This document shows positions 23,601 through 35,312 of a DNA stretch of 60,000 nucleotides, piece by piece. The stretch covers positions 151,096,001-151,156,000 of the forward strand of contig CM059431.1 in NCBI GenBank assembly GCA_030390025.1. Direction: 5' to 3'. Each line of letters begins with the position of its first letter. Position 1 is the stretch's first letter. Under the pieces are notes generated by a model that was not told where the DNA came from, ran no database searches, and saw only the letters and a list, made by a program, of their open reading frames with translations. The stretch is from Squalus acanthias. Lineage: Eukaryota. Made by a program: the position numbers and the translations under genes.

Positions 23601-26600
23601 GGTCTCTTTCTGCTGTGTCTCTTTCCCCTAATTCTCTTTTCCCCTGGGTCTCTTTTCCCCGGGTCTCTTTCCCCTGGGTCTCTTTTCCCCTGGGACTCTT
23701 CTCCCCTGGGTCTCTTTCCTCTGGTCTCATTCCCCTGGGTCTCTTTCCGCTGTGTCTCTTTCCCCTGTGTCTCTTTTCCCAGGTTTCTTTTCCCCTGGGT
23801 CTCTTTCCACTGGATCTAATTCCCTGTTATCATTCGCCTGTGTCTCTATTCCCCTGGGTCTCTTTTCCCTTGATTATTATTCCGCTGGGAATCCTTCCCC
23901 TGGATCTCATTTGACTGGGTCTCTATTCCCCTGGGTCTCTTTTCCCTTGATTATTATTCCGCTGGGAATCCTTCCCCTGGATCTCATTTCCCTGGGTCTC
24001 ATTCGACTGGGTCTCTTTCCCCTGGGTCTCTTTTCTCCTGGGTCTCTTTTCCCTGGCTCTCTTTCCCCTGGATGTCCTTTCCCCTGGGTCTCTTTCCCCT
24101 GGCACTCTTTCCGCTGTGTCATTTTTCCCCTGGGTCTCTTTCCCCTGGTTCTATTTTCCCTCGGTCTGTTTCCCCTTGGTCTCTTTTCCCCAAGGTCTCT
24201 TTTCCCCTGGGTCTCTTATCCCCAGTTCTCCTTCCCCTGGGTCTCTTTCCCCTGGGCCTCTTATCCCCGGTTCTCCTTCCCCTGGGTCTCTTTCCCCTGG
24301 GCCTCTTTCCCTTAGGTCTCTTTCCGCCGTGTCTCTTTCCGCCGGGTCTCTTTTCCCGAAGTTATCTATCCCCCAGGGTCTCTTTTCCCTTGGATCTCAT
24401 TCTCCTGGGTCTCTTTCGCCTGGGTCCCTTTTCCCTTGAATATCATTCCCCTGGATCACATTTCCCTGTTTCTCTTTTCCCCTGGGTCTCTTTTCCCCGG
24501 GTCTCTTTCCCCTGGATCTCATTTCCCTGTTTCTCTTTTCCCCTGGGTCTCTTTTCCCCTGGGTATCTTTCCCCTGGATCTAATTTCCCTGTTTCTCTTT
24601 TCCCCTGGGTCTCTTTTCCCCGGGTCTCTTTCCCCTGGGTCTCTTTCCCCTGGGTCTCTTTTCCCCTGTCTCTCCGCCCTCTGGGTTTCTTTTCCCCTGG
24701 GTCACTTCCCCCGGGGTCTCTTTCCGCTGGGTCATTTTTCCCCTGGGTCTCTTTCCCCTGGTTCTCTTTTCCCTGGGTCTCTTTCCCCTGGGTCATTTTC
24801 TCCTGGGTCTCTTTTCACATAGTCTCTTTTGCGCTGTGTCACCTTTCCCCTGGGTCTCTATTCCCAGGTTTCTATTCCCCTGGGTCTCTTTTCCCTTGAA
24901 TGTCATTACCCTGTGTATCTTTCCCCTGGATCTCATTTCCCTGTGTCTCTTTTCCCCTGGGTCTCTTTCTGCTGTGTCTCTTTCCCCTAATTCTCTTTTC
25001 CCCTGGGTCTCTTTTCCCTGGGTCTCTTTTCCGCTGTGTCACCTTTCCCCTGGGTCTCTATTCCCAGGTTTCTATTCCCCTGGGTCTCTTTTCCCTTGAA
25101 TGTCATTACCCTGTGTATCTTTGCCCTGGATCTCATTTCCCTGTGTCTCTTTTCTCCTGGGATTCTTTCTGCTGTGTCTCTTTCCCCTAATTCTCTTTTC
25201 CCCTGGGTCTGTTTTCCCTGGATCTCTTTCCCCTGGGTCTCTTTCCCCTGTGTGTCTTTTCCCCTGGGTCTCCTCCCTCTGGGTTTCTTTTCGCCTGGGT
25301 CTCTTTCCACTGGGTCTCTTTCCGCTGGGTCTATTTTCCCCTGGGTCTCTTTCCGCTGGGTCTCTTTTACCTGGGTCTCTTTCCCCTGGGTCTCTTTCTG
25401 CTAGGTCTCTTTTCCCCTGGGTGTCTTTTCACAGGGTCTCTTTTCCCCTTGGTCTTTTTCCCCTGTTTCCCAATTTTCCCCGGGTCTCTTTCCACTGAGT
25501 CCCTTTTCCCCCGGGTCTCTGTTCCCCAGGGTCACTTTCCCCCGGCTCTCCTTTCCCCTGGTTCTCTTTTCCCCTGGGTCTCTTTCCCCTGGGTCTCTTT
25601 TGGCCTTGGTCGCATTCACCTGGGTCTGTTTTCCCCTGAATCTCTTTCCCTGTATCTCATTTCCCTGGGTCTCTTTCCCCCGGGAATCTTTTCCCTTGTG
25701 TCCCTTTTCCCCTGGGTCTCTTTCCCCGGCGTGTCTTGACAACTGGTTCTCTTTCCCCTGGGTTTCTTTTCACCTGCGTCTCTTTTCCCCTGGATCTCTT
25801 TCCTCTTGGTCTCTTTCCCCTGGGTCTCCTTTCCCCTGGGTCTCTTTACCCAGGTTTCTTTTCCCCTGGGACTCTTTCCCCTGGATCTCATTTCCCTGGG
25901 AATCATACTCCTGGGTCTCTATTCCCCTGGGTCTCTTTCCCTAGAATAACATTCCCCTGGGTATCTTTCCCCTGGATCTTATTTCCCTGGGTCTCATTCG
26001 CCTGGGTTGCTTTTCCCCTGGGTCTCTTTCCGCTGTGTCTCTTTCCCCTGGTTCTCTTTTCCCCTGATTGTCTTTTCCCCTTATTCTATTTCCCCTGTAT
26101 CTCATTTCCCTTGGTCAATTTCCACTGGGTCTCTATTCCCCTTAGTCTCTTTTCCCCTTGGTCTCTTTCCGCTGGGTATCATTCCCCTGGGTCTCTTTTA
26201 CCCTGGGTCTCTTTCCCCTGAGTCACTGTCCCCTGTGTCACTTTCCCCGGGACTCTTTTCCCCTGGGGCCCCTTTTCCCCTGGGTCTCTTTCCCCGGGTT
26301 TCTCTTGGCCACTGGGTCTCTTGCCCCTGTGTCTTTTTTCCCGATGGTCTCTTTCCCCTGGGACTCTTTTCCCCTGGGTCTCTGTTCCATGGGACTATTT
26401 CCCCTGCGTCTCTATCCCATGAGACTCTTTCCCCATGCGTCTCTTTCCTCTGGTATTCTTTTCCCCTGTGTCTCTTTTCTTCGGTTCTTTTTCCCCTGAG
26501 TCTTCTCCCCTGGGAATCTTACCACTGGGTCGCTTTTCCACTCGCTGTCTTTTCCCCGGGACTCTTTTCCCCTAGGTCTCTTTCCCTTGGGTCTCGTTCC

Positions 26601-29600
26601 GCTGGGTCTCATTCCCCTAGGTCTCTTACTCCTGGGTCTCTTTTCCCCGGGTCTCTTTTCTCCTGGGTCTCTTTTCCCTGGCTCTCTTTCCCCTGGGTCT
26701 CTTTTCCCCTGGGTCACTTTTTCCTGGATCTCTTTCCCCTGGGTTTCCTTTCCACTGGGGCTCTTTTCCCCAGGGTATCTTGCTCCTGGGTTCTTTTCCC
26801 CAGCGTATCTTTTCCCTGGGCCTCCTTTCCCCTGGGTCTCATTTCCCCGGGGTCTCTTTTCCCCTGGGTCTCTTTTCCCCGGGGTCTCTTTTCCCCTGGG
26901 TCTCCTTTCCCCTGGGTGTCTTTTCCCCTGGGTCTCTTTTCCCCTGGGTCTCTTTTCCCTTGGGTCACTTTTCCCCCGGGTCTCTTTTCCCCCTGGTCTC
27001 TTTTCCCCAGGATCTCTTTCCCCTGGGTCTCATTTCCCCTGGATCTCTTTTCCCCGTGGTCTCTTTTCCCCTGGGTCTCTTTTGCCCTGGGTCTCTTTCC
27101 CCATGGTCTATTTTCCCCCGGGTCGCATTCACCTGGGTCTCTATTCCACTGGCTCTCTTTCCCCTGGGACTCTTTTCCTTTGTGTCTCTTTCTCCTGGGT
27201 CTCTTTTCACCTGGGTCTTTTTTTCCATGAATCTCTTTCCCCTGTATTTCATTTCCCTGGGTCTCTTTCCCCCAGAACTCTTTTTCCCTGGGTCACTTTT
27301 CCCAATGGTCTCTTTACCCGGGTTCTCTTGACAACCGGATCGCTTTCCCCTGGGTATCTTTTCGCCTGCGTCTCTCTTCCCTGGATCTCTTTCCTCTTGG
27401 TCTGTTTCCCCTGGGTCTCCTTTCCTCTGGGTTTCTTTTCCCCGGGGTCTCTTTCCCCTGCGTATCTTTTCCCCGGGTTCTCTTACCCTTAGATCTCCTT
27501 TCCCTGGGTCTCTTTCCCCTGGGTCTCTTTTCCCCTGGGTCTCTTCCCCGAGGGTCTTATTTCCCCTGGGTCTCTTTCTCCTGTATCTCATTTCCCTGGG
27601 TCTCTTACCCCTGGTTCTCTTTTCCCCCGGGTCTTTCTCCCCTGGAACTCATTTCCCTGGGTCTCTATAACCTGTGACTCTTTTACACTGGGTCTCTCTC
27701 CCCTGGGTTTCTTTTCCCCTTGGTCTCTTTTCCCCTGGAGTCTATTCCCCTGGGCCACATTCCCTTGGGTTTCTTTCCACTGGGCCTCATTCCCCTGGGT
27801 CTCATTTCACCTCGGTCTCATTTCACCTCGGTCTCTTTTCCCTGGGTCACTTTTCCCCCGGGTCTCTTTTCCCCCTGGTCTCTTTTCCCCAGGGTCTCTT
27901 TCCCCTCGTTCTCATTTCCACTGGGTCTCTTTCCCCATGGTCTCTTTTCCCCCGGGTCTCTTTTGCCCTGGGTCTCTTTCCCCATGGTCTCTTTCCCCCT
28001 GGGTCTCTTTTGCCCTGGGTCTCTTTCCCCATTGTCTCTTTCCCCCCGTGTCTCGTTTCCCCAGGGTCTCTTTCCTCTGGTTCTCTATCCCATGGGACTC
28101 TTTCCCCATGCGTCTCTTTCCTCTGGGATTCTTTTCCCCTGTGTCTCTTTTCTTTGGTTCTTTTTCCCCTGAGTCGTCTACCCTGTGAATCTTTCCACTG
28201 GGTCGCTTTTCCCCTCGCTGTCTTTTCCCCGTGACTCTTTTCCCCTAGGTCTCTTTCCCTTGGGTCTCGTTCCGCTGGGTCACTTTTTCCTGGATCTCTT
28301 TCCCCTGGGTTTCCTTTCCCCTGGGGCTCTTTTCCCCAGGGTATCTTGTTCCTGGGTTCTTTTCCCCAGGGTCTCTTTCCCCTGGGTCTCCTTTCCACTG
28401 GGTCTCTTTTCCTCTATGTCTCTCTTGCCCTGGGTCTCTTTTCCCCTGTGTCTCTTTTCCCCTGGATCTCTTTCCTCTTGTTCTGTTTCCCCTGGGTCTC
28501 CTTTCCTCTGGGTTTCTTTTCCCCGGGGTCTCTTTCCCCTGGGTCTCTTTTCCCCTGGTTATCTTTCCCCTAGGTCTCCATTCCCTGGGTCTCTTTCCCC
28601 TGGGTCTCTTTTCCCCTGGGTCTCTTCCCCGAGGCTCTTATTTCCCCTGGGTCTCTTTCCCCTGTATCCCATTTCCCTGGATTCTTACCCCTGGTTCTCT
28701 TTTCCCCCGGGTCTTTCTCCCCTGTAACTCATTTCCCTGGGTCTCTTTAACCTGTGACTCTTTTCCGCTGGGTCTCTTTCCCATGGAACTCATTGCCCTG
28801 GGACTCTTTAAACTGGGTCTCTTTTCCCTGGGTCTCTTTCCCCTGGCTCTCTTTTCCACTAGGTCTCTTTTCACCTGGGTCTCTTTCCCCTGGGGCTCTT
28901 TTCCCCTGGAACTCCTTCCCCTGGATCTAATTTCCCTTGGTCTCTTTCCCCTGTGTCTCTATTCCCCTGAGTCTCTTTTACCCTGAGTCTCATTCCCCTG
29001 GTATCATTCCCCTGTGTCTCTTTTTCCCCTGTGCACCTTTTCCCCTGTGTAAACTTTTCCCCTGTGAATGTTTCCCCTGGGACTCATTTCCCCAGGGTCT
29101 CTTTCCCCGGGTCTCTTCCCCTGGGTCTCTTTTCCCCTGGGACTCTACTCCCCTGGGTTTCTTTCCTCTGGTCTCTTTCCCCTGCGTCACTTTCCGCTGT
29201 GTCTCTTTGCCCTGGGCCTCTTTCCCCTGGATCTCATTTCCCTGGGACTCATTCGCCTGGGTCTCTATTCCCCAGGGTCTCTTTTCCCTTGAATCTCATT
29301 CCCCTGGGTATCTTTCCACTGGATCTCATTTCCCTGCGTCTCATTCGCCTGGGTCTCTTTTCCGCTGGTTCTCTTTCCGCTTTGTCTCTTACCCCTGGTT
29401 TTCTTTTCCCCTGGGTCTCTTTTCCCCTGGGACTCTACTCCCCTGGGTTTCTTTCCTCTGGTCTCTTTCCCCTGCGTCACTTTCCGCTGTGTCTCTTTCC
29501 CCTGGGTCTCTTTCCCCTGGATCTCATTTCCCTGGGACTCATTCGCCTGGGTCTCTATTCCCCAGGGTCTCTTTTCCCTTGAATCTCATTCCCCTGGGTA

Positions 29601-32600
29601 TCTTTCCACTGGATCTCATTTCCCTGCGTCTCATTCGCCTGGGTCTCTTTTCCCCTGGTTCTCTTTCCGCTTTGTCTCTTACCCCTGGTTTTCTTTTCCC
29701 CTGGGTCACTTTTCCCTGAGTCTCTTTTCCCCTGGGTCTATTTTCCCCAGGGTCTCTTTCCCCTGGGTCTCCTTTCCCCTGGTTCTCTTTTCCCCTGGGT
29801 CTCTATCCCCTGGTTCTGATTTCCCCTCGGTCTCTTTCCGCTTGCTCTCTTTTCCCCTGGGTCTCTTTCCCCTGGCTCTCTTTTGCCCTGGGTGTCTTTC
29901 CCCAGTGTTTCTTTTCCCCTGGGTCTCTTTTCCCCTGTGTCTCTTTCCCCTGGGTCTCTCTTCCCCTGGATCGTATTCACCTGGTTCTCTTTTCCACTGG
30001 TTCTCTTTTTCCCCTGGGCCCCTATTCCCCTGTGTGTCTTTTCCCCTGAATCTCTTTCCCCTGGGTCTCTTTTACACTGGGTCTTACTCCCCTGGGACTC
30101 TTTTCCACTGGATCGCTTTCCCCTGGGACTCTTTTCCTTTGGGTCTCTTTCTCCTGGGTCTCTTTTCACATAGCCTCTTTTCCTCTGGGTCTCTTTCACC
30201 TGGGTCATTTTTTCATTGAATCTCTTTCCCATGTGTCTCATTTCCCTGGGTATCTTTCCCCCAGAACTCTTTTCCCCTGGGTCCCTTTTCCCCATGGTCT
30301 CTTTCCCCGGGTTCTCTTGACAACTGGATCTCTTTCCCCAGGGTATCTTTTCCCCTGCGTCTCTCTTCCCCTGGATCTCTTTCCTCTTGGTCTGTTTCCC
30401 CTGGGTCTCTTTCCCCTGGTTCTCTTTTCCCCTGGATCTCTTCCCCGAGGCTCTTATTTCCCCTGGGTCTCTTTCTCCTGTATCCCATTTCCCTGGATTC
30501 TTACCCCTGGTTCTCTTTTCCCCCGGGTCTTTCTCCCCTGTAACTCATTTCCCTGGGTCTCTTTAACCTGTGACTCTTTTCCGCTGTGTCCCTTTCCCAT
30601 GGAACTCATTGCCCTGGGTCTCTTTAACCTGGGTCTCTTTTCCCTGGGACTCTTTACCCTGGCTCTCTTTTCCACTAGATCTCTTTTCACCTGGGTCTCT
30701 TTCCCCTGGAACTCTGTCCCCCTGGAACTCCTTCCCCTGGATCTCATTTCCCTTGGTCTCTTTCCCCTGGGTCTCTATTCCCCTGGGTCTCTTTTACCCT
30801 TAGTCTCATTCCCCTGGTATCATTCCCCTGTGTCTCTTTTTCCCCTGTGCACCTTTTCCCCTGTGTAAACTTTTCCCCTGTGAATGTTTCCCCTGGGACT
30901 CATTTCCCCAGGGTCTCTTTCCCCGGGTCTCTTCCCCTGGGTCTCTTTTCCCCTGGAACTCTACTCCCCTGGGTTTCTTTCCTCTGGTCTCTTTCCCCTG
31001 CGTCTCTTTCCGCTGTGTCTCTTTCCCCTGGGTCTCTTTCCCCTGGATCTCATTTCCCTGGGACTTATTCGCCTGGGTCTCTATTCCCCAGGGTCTCTTT
31101 TCCCTTGATTCTCATTCCCCTGGGTATCTTTCCACTGGATCTCATTTCCCTGCGTCTCATTCGCCTGGGTCTCTTTTCCCCTGGTTCTCTTTCCGCTTTG
31201 TCTCTTACCCCTGGTTCTCTTTTCCCCTGGGTCACTTTTGCCTGAGTCTCTTTCCCCTGGGTCTCCTTTCCCCTGGTTCTCTTTTCCCCTGGGTCTGTAT
31301 CCCCTGGTTCTGTTTTCCCCTCGGTCTCTTTCCGCTTGCTCTCTTTTCCCCTGGGTCTCTTTCCCCTGGCTCTCTTTTGCCCTGGGTGTCTTTCCCCAGG
31401 GTCTCTTTTCCCCTGGGTCTCTTTTCCCCTGTGTCTCTTTCCCCTGGGTCTCTCTTCCCCTGGGTCGTATTCACCTGGGTATCTTTTCCACTGGTTCTCT
31501 TTTTCCCCTGGGTCGTATTCACCTCTGTCTCTTTTCCCCTGAATCTCTTTCCCCTGGGTCTCTTTTACACTGGGTCTCATTCCCCTGGGTCTCTTTTCCA
31601 CTGGATCTCTTTCCCCTGGGACTCTTTTCCTTTGGGTCTCTTTCTCCTGGGTCTCTTTTCACATAGCCTCTTTTCCTCTGGGTCTCTTTCAAATGGGTCC
31701 TTTTTTCCCTGAATCTCTTTCCCCTGTATCTCACTTCCCTGGGTATCTTTCCCCCAGAAGTCTTTTCCCCTGGGTCCCGTTTCCCCATGGTCTCTTTCCC
31801 CGCGTTCTCTTGACAACTGGATCACTTTCCCCAGGGTATCTTTTCCCCTGCGTCTCTCTTCCCCTGGATCTCTTTCCTCTTGGTCTGTTTCCCTTGGGTC
31901 TCCTTTCCTCTGGGTTTCTTTTCCCCGGGGACTCTTTCCCCTGGGTCTCTTTTCCCCTGGTTTTCTTTCCTCTGGTCTCCATTCCCTGGGTCTCTATCCC
32001 CTTAGTCTCTTTTCCACTGGGTCTCTTCCCCGAGGCTCTTATTTCCCCTGGGTCTCTTTCTCCGGTATCCCATTTCCTTGGGTCTCTTACCCTGGTTCTC
32101 TTTTCCCCCGGGTATTTTTCCCCTGGAACTCATTTACCTGGGTCTCTTTAACCTGTGACTCTTTTCCGCTGGGTCTCTTTCCCATGGAACTCATTGCCCT
32201 GGGTCTCTTTAATCTGCGTCTCTTTTCACCTGGGTCTCTTTCCCCTGGTGCTCTTTCCCACTGGAACTCCTTCCCCTGGATCTCATTTCCGTTGGTCTCT
32301 TTCCCCTGGGTCTCTATTCCCCTGGGTCTCTTTTACCCTGAGTCTCATTCACATGGTAACATTCCCCTGTGTCTCTTTTTCCCCTGTGCAACTTTTCCCC
32401 TACGTATAACTTTTCCCCTGTGACTGTTTCCCCTGGGTCTCTTTTCCCCTGGGACTCTTCTCCCCTGGGTCTCTTTCCTCTGGTCTCTTTCCCCTGCGTC
32501 TCTTTCCGCTGTGTCTCTTTCCCCTGTGTCTCTTTTCCCAGGTTTCTTTTCCCCTGGGTCTCTTTCCCCTGGATCTCATTTCCCTGGGACTCATTCGCCT

Positions 32601-33174
32601 GGGCCTCTATTCCCCAGGGTCTCTTTTCCCTTGAATCCTATTCCCCTGGGTATCTTTCCACTGGATCTCATTTCCCTGCGTCTCATTCGCCTGGGTCTCT
32701 TTTCCCCTGGGTCTCTTTCCGGTTTGTCTCTTTCCCCTGGTTTTATTTTCCCCTGGGTCTCTTTTCCCTGTGTCTCTTTTCCCCTGGGTCTATTTTCCCC
32801 AGGGTCTCTTTCCCCTGGGTCTCCTTTCCCCTGGTTCTCTTTTCCCCTGTGTCTGTATCCCCTGGTTCTGTTTTCCCCTCGGTCTCTTTCCCCATGCTCT
32901 CTTTTCCCCTGGGTCTCTTTCCCCTGGCTCTCTTTTGCCCTGGGTGTCTTTCCCCAGGGTCTCTTTTCCCCGGGTCTCTTTTCCCCTGTGTCTCTTTCCC
33001 CTGGGTCTCTCTTCCCCTGGGTCGTATTCAGCTGGGTCTCTTTTCCACTGGTTATCTTTTTCCCCTGGGCCCCTATTCCCCTGGGTCTCTTTTCCCCTCA
33101 ATCTCTTTTCCCCGGGTCTCTTTTCTCCTGAGTCTCTTTTCCCTGGCTCTCTTTCCCCTGGGTCTCTTTTCCCC

Positions 33175-34215
33175 TGGTCACTTTTTCTGGATCTCTTTCC
33201 CCTGGGTTTCCTTTCCCCTGGGGCGCTTTTCCCCAGGGTATCTTGCTCCTGGGTTATTTTCCCCATGGTCTCTTTCCCCTGGGTCTCCTTTCCCCTGTGT
33301 CTCTTTTCCCGGGGACTCTTTTCCCCTGGGTGTCTTTTGCCCTGGGTCTCTTTCCCCTGGGACTCCTTTCCCCTAGGTCTCTTTTCCCCTGGCTCTCTTT
33401 TCCCCTGGGTCTCTTTCCCCTGTGTCTCTATCTCATGGGACTCTTTGCTCATGCGTCTCTTTCCTCTGGGATTCTTTTCCCCTGTGTCTCTTTTCTTTGT
33501 TTCTTTTTCCCCTGACTCTGCTCCCCTAGGAATCTTTCCACTTGGTCTTTTTTTCCGCTCGCTGTCTTTTCCCCGGGACTCTTTTCCCCTAGGCCTCTTT
33601 CCCTTGGATCTCGTTCCGCTGGGTCTCATTCCCCTAGGTCTCTTACTCCTGGGTCTCTTTTTCCCGGGTCTCTTTATCCTGGGTCTCTTTTCCCTGGGTC
33701 TCTTTCCCCTGGGTCTCTTTTCCCCATGGGTCACTTTTTCCTTGATCTCTTTCCCATGGGTTTCCTTTCCCAAGGGGCTCTTTTCCCCAGGGTATCTTGC
33801 TACTGGGTTCTTTTCCCCAGGGTCTCTTTCCCCTGGGTCTCCTTTCCCCTGGGTCTCTTTTCCCGGGGACTCTTTTCCCCTGGGTGTCTTTTGCCCTGGG
33901 TCTCTTTCCCCTGGGACTCCTTTCCCCTAGGTCTCTTTTCCCCTGGCTCTCTTTTCCCCTGGGTCTCTTTCCCCTGTGTCTCTATCTCATGGGACTCTTT
34001 CCTCATGCATCTCTTTCCTCTGGGATTCTTTTCCCCTGTGTCTCTTTTCTTTGTTTCTTTTTCCCCTGACTCTTCTCCCCTAGGAATCTTTCCACTTGGT
34101 CTTTTTTTCCGCTCGCTGTCTTTTCCCCGGGACTCTTTTCCCCTAGGCCTCTTTCCCTTGGATCTCGTTCCGCTGGGTCTCATTCCCCTAGGTCTCTTAC
34201 TCCTGGGTCTCTTTT
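33175..34215 (+). repeat. 554-bp tandem duplication
   Basis: Matching ORFs at 33243/33797. The landmarks tctatctcatgggactc and taggaatctttccacttgg each occur twice at offset 554. Confidence 0.85.
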
Positions 34216-34870
34216 CCCCTGGGTCTCTTTTGCCCTGGTTCTCTTTCCCCATGTTCTCTTTTCCCCCGGGTCTCTTTTCCCCTGGTTCTATTTCCCCTGG
34301 GTATCCCTTCCCCATGGTCTCTTTTCCCCGGGGTCTATTTTCCACTAGGTCTCCTTTCCCCTGGGTCTCTTTTCCCCGGGGTCTATTTTCCCATGTGTCT
34401 CTTTTCCACTGGGTCTCTTTTCCCCCGGGTCTCTTTTCCCCTTGTCTCTTTTCCCCTGGGTCTCTTTTACCAGGGGTATCTTTCCCCATGGTCTCTTTTC
34501 CCCCGGGTCTCCTTTCCCCTGGGTCTCTTTTCCCCGGGGTCTCTTTTCCCCTGGGTCTCTTTTGCCCTGGGTCTCTTTCCCCATGGTCTCTTTTCTCCCG
34601 GGTCTCTTTTGCCCTGGGTCTCTTTTCCCCCGGGTCTCTTTTCCCTGGGTCTCTTTTCCCCTGGGTCTCTTTCCCCATGGTCTCTTTTCCACCGTGTCTC
34701 TTTTCCCCAAGGGTCTCTTTCCCCTGGGTCTCCTTTCCCCTGGGTCTCTTTTCCCCTGGTTCTCTTTTCCACCGTGTCTCTTTTCCCCTGGGTCTCTTTC
34801 CCCTGGGTCTCTTTTGCCCTGTGTCTCTTTCCCCTTGCTCTATTTTCTCCCAGGTCTCTTTTGCCCTGGG

Positions 34871-35312
34871 TCTCTTTTCCCCCGGGTCTCTTTTCCCCTG
34901 GGTCTCTTTTGCCCTGGGTCTCTTTCCCCATGGTCTCTTTTCCCCCGGGTCTCTTTTCCCCTGGGTCTCTTTCCCCTGGGTCTCCTTTCCCCGGGGTCTC
35001 TTTTCCCCTGGGTCTCTTTTGCCCTGGGTCTCTTTCCCCTGGGTCTCCTTTCCCCCGGGTCTCTTTTCCCCTGGGTCTCTTTCCCCTGGGTCTCCTTTCC
35101 CCGGGGTCTCTTTTCCCCTGGGTCTCTTTTGCCCTGGGTCTCTTTCCCCTGGGTCTCTTTTCCCCCGGGTCTCTTTTCCCCTGGGTCTCTTTCCCCTGGG
35201 TCTCCTTTCCCCCGGGTCTCTTTTCCCCTGGGTCTCTTTTGCCCTGGGTCTCTTTCCCCATGGTCTCTTTTCCCCCGGGTCTCTTTTCCCCTGGGTCTCT
35301 TTCCCCTGGGTC
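34871..35312 (+). repeat. 110-bp heptamer higher-order repeat, four copies, nearly perfect
   Basis: gccctgggtc recurs at 34911, 35021, 35131 and 35241. Each unit is five 16-mers plus two 15-mers. Confidence 0.9.

Larger units (their letters stand above)
13120..32455 (+). repeat. Young tandem duplication: copy A ~13120-23430 (10.3 kb), copy B ~23431-32455 (9.0 kb)
   Basis: Near-identical ORF pairs at offsets 10311 (13230/23541), 10419 (15317/25736, 15588/26007), 9019 (18655/27674, 19166/28185, 20719/29738, 21828/30847) and 9018 (22675/31693, 23137/32155). Confidence 0.92.
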
